From IMG/VR virus record IMGVR_UViG_3300032280_000373: DNA of 64,000 nucleotides; one strand, 5' to 3'. Positions within the stretch are counted from its first letter, which is position 1; every line of letters starts with the position of its first letter. This stretch comes from an uncultured virus (IMG/VR IMGVR_UViG_3300032280_000373). Its lineage: Duplodnaviria > Heunggongvirae > Uroviricota > Caudoviricetes. Below the pieces are notes generated by a model. The model was not told where the DNA came from. It saw nothing but the letters and a program-made list of their open reading frames with translations, and made no database searches. Both the position numbers and the translations under genes were made by a program. Positions 9,597-18,172 of the stretch are shown here, one piece after another.

Positions 9597-9959
9597 ATGT
9601 CTAAAGAACACGAAGGAACCTCGCATTGCTTTAAGCCGGGAGGCGAACATATGAGCCTGGACGCGATCATTGATACAGACACAATGCGCAAACAACCAGA
9701 ATATATGCAAAGAGAACTTCATAGGGTTCATCAGTTTTACAAACGTGTAACAGATCTGGCAGAAACAAACCATAAAACCGCCTCTACTCTTGTGGAGGAG
9801 AATGGGCGGTTAGAAAATGAGAACGAAGGGCTGAGAGAGTTCTGCCAGGAACTCCTTGGTTCTATGGCAGATCTTGAGGAGGAATGCTCGGGATTCCGAC
9901 ACAAGGTAAGGTCAGCCGTCCTCGAATTACTCCCACAACAGAAAGAAGAAAACAAATGA
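9597..9959 (+). CDS. Hypothetical coiled-coil protein
   Basis: Heptad-like acidic helix; true start may be ATG 9651; coupled to next gene. Confidence 0.55.
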   Translation: MSKEHEGTSHCFKPGGEHMSLDAIIDTDTMRKQPEYMQRELHRVHQFYKRVTDLAETNHKTASTLVEENGRLENENEGLREFCQELLGSMADLEEECSGFRHKVRSAVLELLPQQKEENK

Positions 9960-10303
9960 TTGAATTAGCTATACAAATCAAAAACGAAGTTGGAACAGAC
10001 AAGATTAGTGTAGAGGTTTTGCCCAGAGATTCCGACGCAAATCCTATTGAAAAAGATGTTTTGAGTGGTCTTTTTCCGCACGTTGTAGATTTATTGAATG
10101 GTTTGCTTGGTGGAGAAGGCTTCCGCAAAATGGAGAAAGTAGCTCAAGAAGTTTCGCTTCCTCCGCAGGAATCACGGATTGTCGATAAAAATGGAGTCCC
10201 AGCGAGCATACCGATGAACGAAGATTATCTTGTGAGGAAAGGTCTTGTCGAGCCTCTTGAGGGCGATAAACCCATCTCTAAAGACTCTGCAATCATCATC
10301 TAA
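9956..10303 (+). CDS. Hypothetical protein
   Basis: ATGA overlap at 9956; TAATG coupling to next gene. Confidence 0.6.
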   Translation: MIELAIQIKNEVGTDKISVEVLPRDSDANPIEKDVLSGLFPHVVDLLNGLLGGEGFRKMEKVAQEVSLPPQESRIVDKNGVPASIPMNEDYLVRKGLVEPLEGDKPISKDSAIII

Positions 10304-10599
10304 TGCCTTCTGCCAGTGAACAACTGGCCGAAGAATTCACCGTGATTCCTTACCCATTCGTGGGTGAGCATCGCGCTGCAATCGAGGCTGAATATTCGGT
10401 TCTGCTTAACGGTGGTATAAAACCTACTGAAGTAGCCGATCTTATTTTTCATGCCTTGGAATTACTATTAAACAAAAGAAAAAAAGCAGAAGGAACGAAC
10501 ACTTACGATGAAACTACAACTCAAGTGGCGGATATGCTTGGGCGCTTGTTGGTTTTTGAAGAAATGTTCTCAAATAAAAAATACAAAAAATCAAAATGA
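10303..10599 (+). CDS. Hypothetical protein
   Basis: Coupled to the preceding gene and to the polymerase. Confidence 0.6.
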   Translation: MPSASEQLAEEFTVIPYPFVGEHRAAIEAEYSVLLNGGIKPTEVADLIFHALELLLNKRKKAEGTNTYDETTTQVADMLGRLLVFEEMFSNKKYKKSK

Positions 10600-12389
10600 A
10601 TACATATGCAATTGACTTTGAAACATATTACGACAAGGAGACATCAATCACAACGCTTGGGCAGTGGCATTATTTGCGGAGCCCGGCGTCAGACATTTAC
10701 ATGGTCGCCATTCAGGGGCCGGATGTTGACTACGTAGGCTGCCCTAAAAAAGCTCCATGGGCAAAGATTGATGGCCACAAATGGGTAGCTCATAACTACA
10801 GCTTTGACGGCGCGGTGATCGAGAGGTTGCGGGAGCAGGCATGCGTTCAAGAATCCAAGCCTGTAGCTTGGGACTGCACCGCAAACCTTTCGGTTGCCGT
10901 GGGTGCGCCAAGGAATTTGTTGGGCGCTTCTAGGGAACTTCTTGGAAGGACTATCGACAAGGACCCTCGGGATAAGATGCACTCCAAGAAGTGGAGCGAT
11001 GTGGAGGGTACTGAGTTTGGAAAAGAAGTACTGGAATATGCTCGCCAGGACGCCAAGGCATGTCTTGGTATTTACGAGAAGTTTTCCAAGGACATGCTTC
11101 CAGCGGAAGCTGAACTATCCAAGCACACGATTGAGATGGGATGGCGTGGAATTCAGGTCGACCAGGATGCTGTTGCCGCGGGCATTAAGGCTCTTCAAAA
11201 AGTAACTTGGGAGAGTGAGAACTCACTACCCTGGATCGACGAGACAGATGGAGTAGTTTTATCAACGAAGGCATTCCGTAGGGAATGCGCCAAGGCTGGA
11301 ATACCTTGGCCTACCTCACTGGCTGAGAATTCTGAAGAGTGTGCTTTGTGGGAATCTCAGTACGGAGAGAAGGTCCCATTTGTCGGTATCATGCGTGACT
11401 GGCGCAAGGCAAACTCTTTGCTTGCCAAGCTAAAGGTAATGCAGGGTCGAATCAGGCCGGACGGTACGATGGGTTACGGATTGAAGTATATGGGCGCTCA
11501 TACTGGGCGTTGGTCTGGTGACTCCAAGTTTAACGTTCAGAATCTTCCTCGAAATGAAATGTTCGGGGTAGACCTAAGAGGTTGTATTATTCCGCGCCCA
11601 GGGAAGAAGTTTGTTATCTGTGACTTGGCTCAGATTGAACCGCGGGTTCTTGCGTGGTTGTCCGGCAACGACGGACTCTTAGGGGCAATCAGAAATGGCT
11701 ATGGCATCTACGAGGCGGCGGCTAAGAACATGAGTTTATGGGATGGCCCGAAAGGGACATTGAAAAAGACTGATGCTCCGTTGTACCAGTTGGTGAAAGC
11801 TATGGTGCTTGGTCTTGGCTATGGCGCGGGCGCTAAGAAGTTCGCGCTGATCGCCAAGATGCAATACGGAATCGACATGACTGAAACTAAATCAACTATG
11901 ATCGTCAATGATTTCCGTACTAGGAATCAACCGATCCTTGGTTTGTGGCGTAAGTTGGAAGGCGACTTCCAGCGGGCAAAAGCGGATAAACAGTTAGAGG
12001 TTGGCTTGCCAAGTGGTCGAGTGCTCACTTACCGTAACATTATGTCTCAATGGCCAGACAAGCAGAAATATGACAAAAGTGGTAAGGCTAGGAAAGCGGC
12101 TTGGACAGCTAGCGTGGAGAGAGGTGGGCCTCAGATTCCTTTCTACGGAGGGAAGCTATGCGAGAACCTTGTTCAGGCTGTAGCTCGCGACGTCATGGGC
12201 GCGGCGGTATTGCGTTTGGAAAAAGCTGGTTGCCCCGTTGTGATGCACATTCACGACGAAGCTGTTTGCGAAGTTGACAATTCAGTTCCGGCTGGTGAGA
12301 TTGAACGTCTCATGAGCGTCTGTCCTGAATGGTTGGATGGGTGTCCAATAGGTGCAGAGGCAACGGATGCAGTGAGGTACAAAAAATGA
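10596..12389 (+). CDS. polA: Family A DNA polymerase with 3'-5' exonuclease
   Basis: ExoI DFET, ExoII AHNYSFD, ExoIII YARQD; HTGRWSG; motif A DLAQIEPR, motif B KAMVLGLGYG, motif C HIHDE. Confidence 0.95.
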   Translation: MNTYAIDFETYYDKETSITTLGQWHYLRSPASDIYMVAIQGPDVDYVGCPKKAPWAKIDGHKWVAHNYSFDGAVIERLREQACVQESKPVAWDCTANLSVAVGAPRNLLGASRELLGRTIDKDPRDKMHSKKWSDVEGTEFGKEVLEYARQDAKACLGIYEKFSKDMLPAEAELSKHTIEMGWRGIQVDQDAVAAGIKALQKVTWESENSLPWIDETDGVVLSTKAFRRECAKAGIPWPTSLAENSEECALWESQYGEKVPFVGIMRDWRKANSLLAKLKVMQGRIRPDGTMGYGLKYMGAHTGRWSGDSKFNVQNLPRNEMFGVDLRGCIIPRPGKKFVICDLAQIEPRVLAWLSGNDGLLGAIRNGYGIYEAAAKNMSLWDGPKGTLKKTDAPLYQLVKAMVLGLGYGAGAKKFALIAKMQYGIDMTETKSTMIVNDFRTRNQPILGLWRKLEGDFQRAKADKQLEVGLPSGRVLTYRNIMSQWPDKQKYDKSGKARKAAWTASVERGGPQIPFYGGKLCENLVQAVARDVMGAAVLRLEKAGCPVVMHIHDEAVCEVDNSVPAGEIERLMSVCPEWLDGCPIGAEATDAVRYKK

Positions 12390-14515
12390 ACCTCTTTCGT
12401 ATACCTAATTTATCGTCGTCGATTGCCAGTCCATGCACACCTTGGGATGGTAATGTAAACCAGCCACCGAGTCTTGAGCCAGAAGTTGCAAAGCGTTGGG
12501 CCGTTCAGAATTCAACTGACGGAATGTTCGTCAGCGGATTCGAAGGTCGTGCCGCGGCTATGCGTGTTACCAGAGATAATCCCCCGGCGAAGATGCATGC
12601 GTTCATTGCAGATTATGATTGTGAACTTACATCTGAAGAGTTTATCTCTGGGGTTGGGGCTAAAGCCAAAGCTGGATTAAAACCTATGTACGCTCACCGT
12701 ACTCCGAGTGGAGGTGCGCGGGTAATCTGGATGTTTGAGACTCCAATGCAGATTCCGGTTGGTCTATTGCCGGCGTTCTTAAAGCGAGTCGCTAAAGAGT
12801 TGGGGGCAAAGCGTTTGTTTGCTGGACTTGATGACAATCATATTAAGCCCGAGCAGTATTACGCTTGGTACTTGCCAATGACCAAAGTAGGGGATGTCCC
12901 TTTAAGGACAGAGACCTTGTACAGTTGGTTTGCTTCGACGATCGACGCCGACCACAAGTACCGCGGGGAAGGCCCCGTTGAGATCCCGATGGATCGTGTA
13001 CGTAATCGCGTACAGGAAATGTACCCTGACAAGTTGCTGGGGAATCTCGAAGTCAACGGCAGAACCAATGCGTTCTGGACTGCGACTTCAGATAACCCGA
13101 CAGCCTGTGTGGTCACTCCTACCGGTATAGTCAGCTTCTCGCAGGACAAGAGTTTTTATAGCTGGGCTGAAATCCTCGGAGCTGGCTGGGTCAAAGAGTT
13201 TGAGGAGGATCGTCTAGGCGCACCTCTGGCCAACTACTACTTCGACGGAAAGCGATACTGGAGGCAAGACGGTCGTGGCATCTGGCGCGATACAGACTCC
13301 GAGACTACCCGCAAGGATATTGCTGGTATCTACGGACTGTCTCTTGCTCCAATGCAACGGGGTGGAATGTGCGAAGTCGACCAGACTGTTTTGCGCGTGC
13401 GCGAAACACGACGGGTTGACGATGCTGGCCCAATTCTGTTTAGCAAAGAGGAAGTAGTCCACATGGGTGGGCGTACCGTTCTCAACATCTCGCGGGTAAA
13501 GGTTCTGGAACCAAGATCGGAGCCTTGCGAGAAGTGGGGAGATGGATTCCCTTGGATTGCAAAGTTCCTAGATGGGTTCTTTGACCCGCATGATTCCCTC
13601 CAGTATTTCCTGGCGTGGCTTCATCACTTCTACGTATCTGCCAAGTCGGGTAAACAATCTCAGGGGCAGGCGATCTTTATCGCCGGCCCGGTGGGAGTGG
13701 GTAAGACTCTCATGGGGACTCAGATTGTGTCCAGGCTAATGGGCGGTGGTTGCGATGCCTCGGGTCACATCTCCGGGGAGAGTGAGTTCAACTCGGAAAT
13801 GTTCGAGGTGGGCGTACTCAACGTCGACGATACTATCGCATCCACGAGCCACGAAAAACACTTGCTCTTCTCCAATACGGTGAAGAAGTTTGTTGCCAAT
13901 CGTCGCCATCGTTACCGCGCCATGTGGAAAAATCCTGCGACCATAGAGTGGTCGGGTAGGGTATTCGTCACGCTCAACGACGATCCAGACTCTATGCGGG
14001 CGGTTCCATACACAGACGCGAGTATCTTGGACAAGCTTATGCTGTTTAAGGCGTCGTCCAAAGGTATGGACTTTCCCCATTCTCAGGAACTACAGCGTAT
14101 CCTAGACGGGGAGCTCCCAGCGTTTGCCAGATGGTTGACTGACTTTGAGATTCCGGAAGAGCTTAAGTGCTCCAATCGGTTTCAGGTTAAGTGCTACCAC
14201 CATGCCGATATCTTGGAGGATACCCGGACCACCCATCCTAACCACGCTTTCTCGGAGTTGCTGGACGAATTTCTTATCGGGTTCAACCAAGCCAATCCAA
14301 AGGAGAAAACATGGAAGGGTTCAGCTACCCAGCTACTTAACCAGATGCTGAATGACCAGAGCCTTACCAATCTTACTCGCCATTATGCCTCTACACCGGA
14401 GAAAATGGGCCAGCGGTTGGCAAAGCTAATGACGACTAAGGGTATTGAGCGGGTGACGATCCAGGGCAAGGTGCTCTGGAAAATCCCGGTTGACGACGTT
14501 AAACCGGCTGTTTAA
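12386..14515 (+). CDS. Primase-helicase (primase-like N-terminus, SF3/DUF5906-like ATPase)
   Basis: FIADYD and RTPSGG in the N-terminus; Walker A GPVGVGKT, SEFNSEM, NVDD, VTLN; ATGA overlap with the polymerase. Confidence 0.8.
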   Translation: MNLFRIPNLSSSIASPCTPWDGNVNQPPSLEPEVAKRWAVQNSTDGMFVSGFEGRAAAMRVTRDNPPAKMHAFIADYDCELTSEEFISGVGAKAKAGLKPMYAHRTPSGGARVIWMFETPMQIPVGLLPAFLKRVAKELGAKRLFAGLDDNHIKPEQYYAWYLPMTKVGDVPLRTETLYSWFASTIDADHKYRGEGPVEIPMDRVRNRVQEMYPDKLLGNLEVNGRTNAFWTATSDNPTACVVTPTGIVSFSQDKSFYSWAEILGAGWVKEFEEDRLGAPLANYYFDGKRYWRQDGRGIWRDTDSETTRKDIAGIYGLSLAPMQRGGMCEVDQTVLRVRETRRVDDAGPILFSKEEVVHMGGRTVLNISRVKVLEPRSEPCEKWGDGFPWIAKFLDGFFDPHDSLQYFLAWLHHFYVSAKSGKQSQGQAIFIAGPVGVGKTLMGTQIVSRLMGGGCDASGHISGESEFNSEMFEVGVLNVDDTIASTSHEKHLLFSNTVKKFVANRRHRYRAMWKNPATIEWSGRVFVTLNDDPDSMRAVPYTDASILDKLMLFKASSKGMDFPHSQELQRILDGELPAFARWLTDFEIPEELKCSNRFQVKCYHHADILEDTRTTHPNHAFSELLDEFLIGFNQANPKEKTWKGSATQLLNQMLNDQSLTNLTRHYASTPEKMGQRLAKLMTTKGIERVTIQGKVLWKIPVDDVKPAV

Positions 14516-14518
14516 GCT
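14490..14518 (+). promoter_or_regulatory. sigma70-like promoter for the accessory operon
   Basis: TTGACG-N17-TAAGCT at the end of the primase gene. Confidence 0.55.
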
Positions 14519-14542
14519 GGTAAGACGCTCGAAACACCTCTT

Positions 14543-14947
14543 ATGAGAAATATAGTCATAGCCATAGCTATGCTCTTCTCGATCCCAACGTTGGCTTCCA
14601 ATGTGATGATTGAGAAAGAGCCTAAGAAGCCTGCCAAGAAAATCAAGGTTAGGCTCACAGCCTATTGGTGTGGCCAAGACCCCGATACCTCAAGGTTCAA
14701 ATCCTCGACGGGGTATACCTTGAAATCTGGCAGGACATGCGCTGTCGACCCTAGAATCATACCGTATGGCAGTACCGTAATTATTGACGGCAAGGAGTTC
14801 AAAGCGATCGATACGGGTACGGCAGTTATTGCCAAAAAAGCGTCACACGGTAAGCTTCCTGTTGTGGATCTCTTTTACAAAACAGAGCGTCAGGCTATGG
14901 TTGCGCTGGGCAATATGCCAATGCATCCATGGGTGGAGATTCGATAA
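14543..14947 (+). CDS. 3D-domain (peptidoglycan lytic transglycosylase-like) protein with signal peptide
   Basis: LTAY...CAVDPRIIPYGS...AIDTG...VDLF (three Asp); hydrophobic N-terminus MRNIVIAIAMLFSIPTLAS. Confidence 0.85.
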   Translation: MRNIVIAIAMLFSIPTLASNVMIEKEPKKPAKKIKVRLTAYWCGQDPDTSRFKSSTGYTLKSGRTCAVDPRIIPYGSTVIIDGKEFKAIDTGTAVIAKKASHGKLPVVDLFYKTERQAMVALGNMPMHPWVEIR

Positions 14948-14948
14948 T

Positions 14949-15332
14949 ATGGCAGCTAGTGCGCTTCTGTCATGCGATTGTAAAGATTGCAGTACTTGTT
15001 CATGTTGTCTCACTGGTTTTGATACAAGAACCGATTCTTACGATGGGGATATAGAGGCTTGTCCATATGCCTTAATTGTTAAAACAGACAATAAAGCGCC
15101 GATTGATGGGATGTACGCTTGTAACGGTTTCAGAGACGATAAAGCTACAGTATCTTGGCCTAGTGGGTCAAAAGTTTTTGAAACAGGGGATCCGCAAAGG
15201 CCATGCGCCGGAACTGGTAGCTGGAGTGTAGACGTTAGCCTTAAAAAAGATGATATAGTAACATGCCGCGCTCAATCTTGGGGAGGGCCCATCACTTGTA
15301 GAATTTCATGTTGCATAATTAAAGCTCCATGA
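14949..15332 (+). CDS. Cysteine-rich protein (13 Cys in 127 aa)
   Basis: MAASALLSCDCKDCSTCSCC...CRISCC; ATG immediately after the 3D gene stop; ATGA overlap with the Erv gene. Confidence 0.7.
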   Translation: MAASALLSCDCKDCSTCSCCLTGFDTRTDSYDGDIEACPYALIVKTDNKAPIDGMYACNGFRDDKATVSWPSGSKVFETGDPQRPCAGTGSWSVDVSLKKDDIVTCRAQSWGGPITCRISCCIIKAP

Positions 15333-15778
15333 AAACAAGATTTTATTTAAAATCAATTATAGATAATATTCCGTATAGACCAAAAGAATACTATAACGAA
15401 GTAATTTCAGCTGGTAAAATAATCGATGATTACCTGGAGTTGGATATAGAGGAAGCGAAAAAATTAATTAAGAAATATCATGAAAAAAATCCAGCTGAAG
15501 GCAAGCTTCATACTGCGGTAGAGTGGGGCCCGGTATTGTGGGGGGAGCTTCATAAGCGAACAGATGAATACATCGGGGAAGAAGAAAAAGAAAGGCGCTG
15601 GTTACAAATATTTACTTCGTGGATACCATGCGGAGAATGTAAATCTCATTGGGTTGGGTTAACTAAAGAAAATCCGGTTGATCTATCTTCTAAAAATAAC
15701 TACAGAGACTGGGCAATTCGTATGCATAATAAAGTCAATGAAAGACTAAATAAACCAATCTATGAACCAGCCGGCTAA
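15329..15778 (+). CDS. Erv1/ALR-family FAD-linked sulfhydryl oxidase
   Basis: WGPVLWGELH (G-x3-W-x3-H), IPCGECKSH (redox CxxC) and WAIRMHNKVNERLNKP (W-x3-HN-x2-N). Confidence 0.9.
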   Translation: MKTRFYLKSIIDNIPYRPKEYYNEVISAGKIIDDYLELDIEEAKKLIKKYHEKNPAEGKLHTAVEWGPVLWGELHKRTDEYIGEEEKERRWLQIFTSWIPCGECKSHWVGLTKENPVDLSSKNNYRDWAIRMHNKVNERLNKPIYEPAG

Positions 15779-15998
15779 CTTTGCCAAATCTATGGCTATG
15801 TGGGCGGGCTCTGGGTTCAAAAAGGTCCAGCAACATGTCTATGAGAAGCGTCTTGCCATCTGCCGTAAGTGCCAGTTCTGGCAAGAGAACGGTAACCTGG
15901 GTATGGGAAAGTGCTTGAAATGTGGATGCGGAAAGGGTAAACATTGGTTGCCGCACGAGCAATGTCCAATTGGTCTGTGGGGCAAAGAGAATACATGA
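15762..15998 (+). CDS. Small CxxC protein (DUF6171-like)
   Basis: YEKRLAICRKC...CLKCGC...CPIGLW. Confidence 0.7.
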   Translation: MNQPANFAKSMAMWAGSGFKKVQQHVYEKRLAICRKCQFWQENGNLGMGKCLKCGCGKGKHWLPHEQCPIGLWGKENT

Positions 15999-16267
15999 AA
16001 AAACAAAAAAGTATTTTATCGGCAAAGCGGGTTCCATTGTCCCCAAAGATTGGGAAACTCCCCGCTATTAAAATCATGGCGGAGCGCAAGGTTGACTATG
16101 TGGAATTAGACCTTGACGTGGACGACGAAGCGGTGGCAGTATTGGCGAAAGCTGGGTTGGAAACAATCCGGAATGATAAGGAAGCTTTGGTGAATTACGC
16201 GATCGTCAAAGCCCTACAAGACCTTGTCAAAAACGAGAAAGAAAAGAATGCAAGACATATTGCTTAA
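15995..16267 (+). CDS. Hypothetical protein
   Basis: ATGA overlap at 15995; plausible helical protein. Confidence 0.55.
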   Translation: MKKQKSILSAKRVPLSPKIGKLPAIKIMAERKVDYVELDLDVDDEAVAVLAKAGLETIRNDKEALVNYAIVKALQDLVKNEKEKNARHIA

Positions 16268-16309
16268 GACGTTTCTCGGAGCAGTAGCCGCGTTGCTAGG
16301 AGGTGCAGT

Positions 16310-17257
16310 ATGTGTATTTTTAGCCGTGGTTTGGTTTCGGTGTTGGGAATATTTGCGGTCGTTCTTTCGTCGTCACTAAACGCATCGCCAGCTCTATTTG
16401 ATTCGGTTGTACGTATTGTTGCAAACAACCCTGAAAAACAATCCAGCAAACGCGGCGCCGGCGTAGCCATCGAAAACGGTTACATCTTATCGGCGTTTCA
16501 CGTAGTAGAGGGATGCCAGGATATCGAGGTCATCATGGGTGATGGCGATAACTCAGTTTGCTACGACGGGGAGCTGGTAGCCAAGGACGAACTCATCGAC
16601 ATCTGCCTGATCAAGATCCGCGGGGGCGACGGTATGTTTGTAAAGTTACCCGCGGTAAAGTTTTGTGATCAGTTTCCTATCCAAGCCGGGACGAGGGTCT
16701 ATGCCATTGGTAACCCTATGGGCTTTACCCGTACTGTCACGGAGGGAATCGTCAGCGCGTCAGGCAAGAACAAGGGCCAAAACTACATCCTTACCGATGC
16801 CTTGATCAAGGAAGGCAACTCTGGCGGCCCGCTGGTGGACCAGCAGGGGCAGTTGCTGGGCGTAGTCACCTCAACCATGGAAACTGGTACCCCAACTCAA
16901 CCGGTAAAAGCTGACCCCACCAGACCTATGGGCTACGTTGTGTCGGTACAGGATCTGAAGGACTTTATAGCCAATCATGGCAAACCCTCCAATGGAGTGC
17001 TTGGAATCAACGGAAACACCGTTAAAACGGGCTTATCGTCCTTTCAGTCAGAGGAAGGCTTCCAGGTCACCAAAGTCCTCAGGCCATGCGGCCTGGAGCG
17101 AATGGACATCATTATGATGATCGAGGACACCCAGGTCTCAAGCTTCCAGGACGTGGTACGTATAGTGAGACCGCGTGTACACGGTGATACCCTCAAAGCC
17201 TACGTTATAAGAGACGGTTGCTATAAGGAAGTAACTCTAAAAGTATTTGATAGATAG
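16310..17257 (+). CDS. HtrA/DegP-like trypsin serine protease with PDZ domain
   Basis: ILSAFHVV (His), DICLIKI (Asp), GNSGGPL (Ser), AIGNPMG; C-terminal PDZ-like LGING...GLERMDII; hydrophobic N-terminus. Confidence 0.9.
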   Translation: MCIFSRGLVSVLGIFAVVLSSSLNASPALFDSVVRIVANNPEKQSSKRGAGVAIENGYILSAFHVVEGCQDIEVIMGDGDNSVCYDGELVAKDELIDICLIKIRGGDGMFVKLPAVKFCDQFPIQAGTRVYAIGNPMGFTRTVTEGIVSASGKNKGQNYILTDALIKEGNSGGPLVDQQGQLLGVVTSTMETGTPTQPVKADPTRPMGYVVSVQDLKDFIANHGKPSNGVLGINGNTVKTGLSSFQSEEGFQVTKVLRPCGLERMDIIMMIEDTQVSSFQDVVRIVRPRVHGDTLKAYVIRDGCYKEVTLKVFDR

Positions 17258-17285
17258 GTGGAAGCACTTCTGCTTTCAGCAAAGA

Positions 17286-17692
17286 GACTTACGGAAGGTA
17301 CATGTATTAGTCGTAAGTCCTTGATGCAGTGATAGGGTGGGGGTATGAAACGATGGTATAATTGTTCTATGTGCTTGAGTATTAGGATTCTATGCTTCAA
17401 AGGGTGGTAGGGTGGGGGGTGTAGGGGTGGTTTTGAACTCGTTGTTCCTACAGCTTTGTGTGTGCGGCGTGTGTGTGCAAACACCCGGAACGAGTTGGGA
17501 TACCCCCACCCAGTGGGACCACCCCCACCCTCTCTTTCTTTATATTTATATATATTAATAATAAACATATACTTACACAAGGACCCAAGGTTCAAAATTT
17601 GGGTGGGGGTACCCATTTTTGACCCCCCACCCTAGGGGACACCCCCACCCTAAATCGTAGCCCCTTGGGGATAAATTAGCCCTTTGGGGCTA
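17286..17692. repeat. GGGTGGGGG iteron array around an AT-rich tract; candidate replication origin
   Basis: About seven copies of GGGTGGGGG or CCCCCACCC in both orientations, an AT-rich tract at ~17536-17575, and inverted repeat GACTTACG/CGTAAGTC. Confidence 0.65.
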
Positions 17693-18172
17693 GTCGACCT
17701 TTTCCCAGATAGAACAATCCTTGTCCAGGTCGAGGGATTTGTTCATGCAGAACTGATAGAACTTCCAAGACCAAGGATCCCAGCCGAACCAAGGAAGCCT
17801 AGATGCAATGTCTCCTAACCAATAGAACAAGTAGCAAAGGGCTCTCACGTTTGCGATTGTATTTTCCAATGGACAAAAGTCAAAGTATTTGAGACACTGC
17901 GCGGATGCTATGGGGATTCTTTCTTGGGTTGTTTGTCTATTGGATCTACCACCAAAGCCGTAGACGCTGCGGTTGGTGTAGGAGGAAACTATGAAATCAG
18001 CAGGACTTAACTTCAGGTTGTTCGGCTACATCTTCAACCTTCGAATCAGCGCTTATCGATCTGCGCACCATGTTCCACTGTTCCAGTGTGGTTCGACTTC
18101 GAACTTTGGTAAGTGGAAAGTTCCACCCTCGGGAATCAGCAACGAATACAAATCGAAAAGGAAACGCAAATA

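Noticed and set aside
17221..17616. 131-aa minus-strand ORF
   Set aside because: Low-complexity translation of the iteron region, opposite to local gene direction.
17330..17655. CRISPR-like array
   Set aside because: Repeats are ~10 bp, irregularly spaced and in both orientations.
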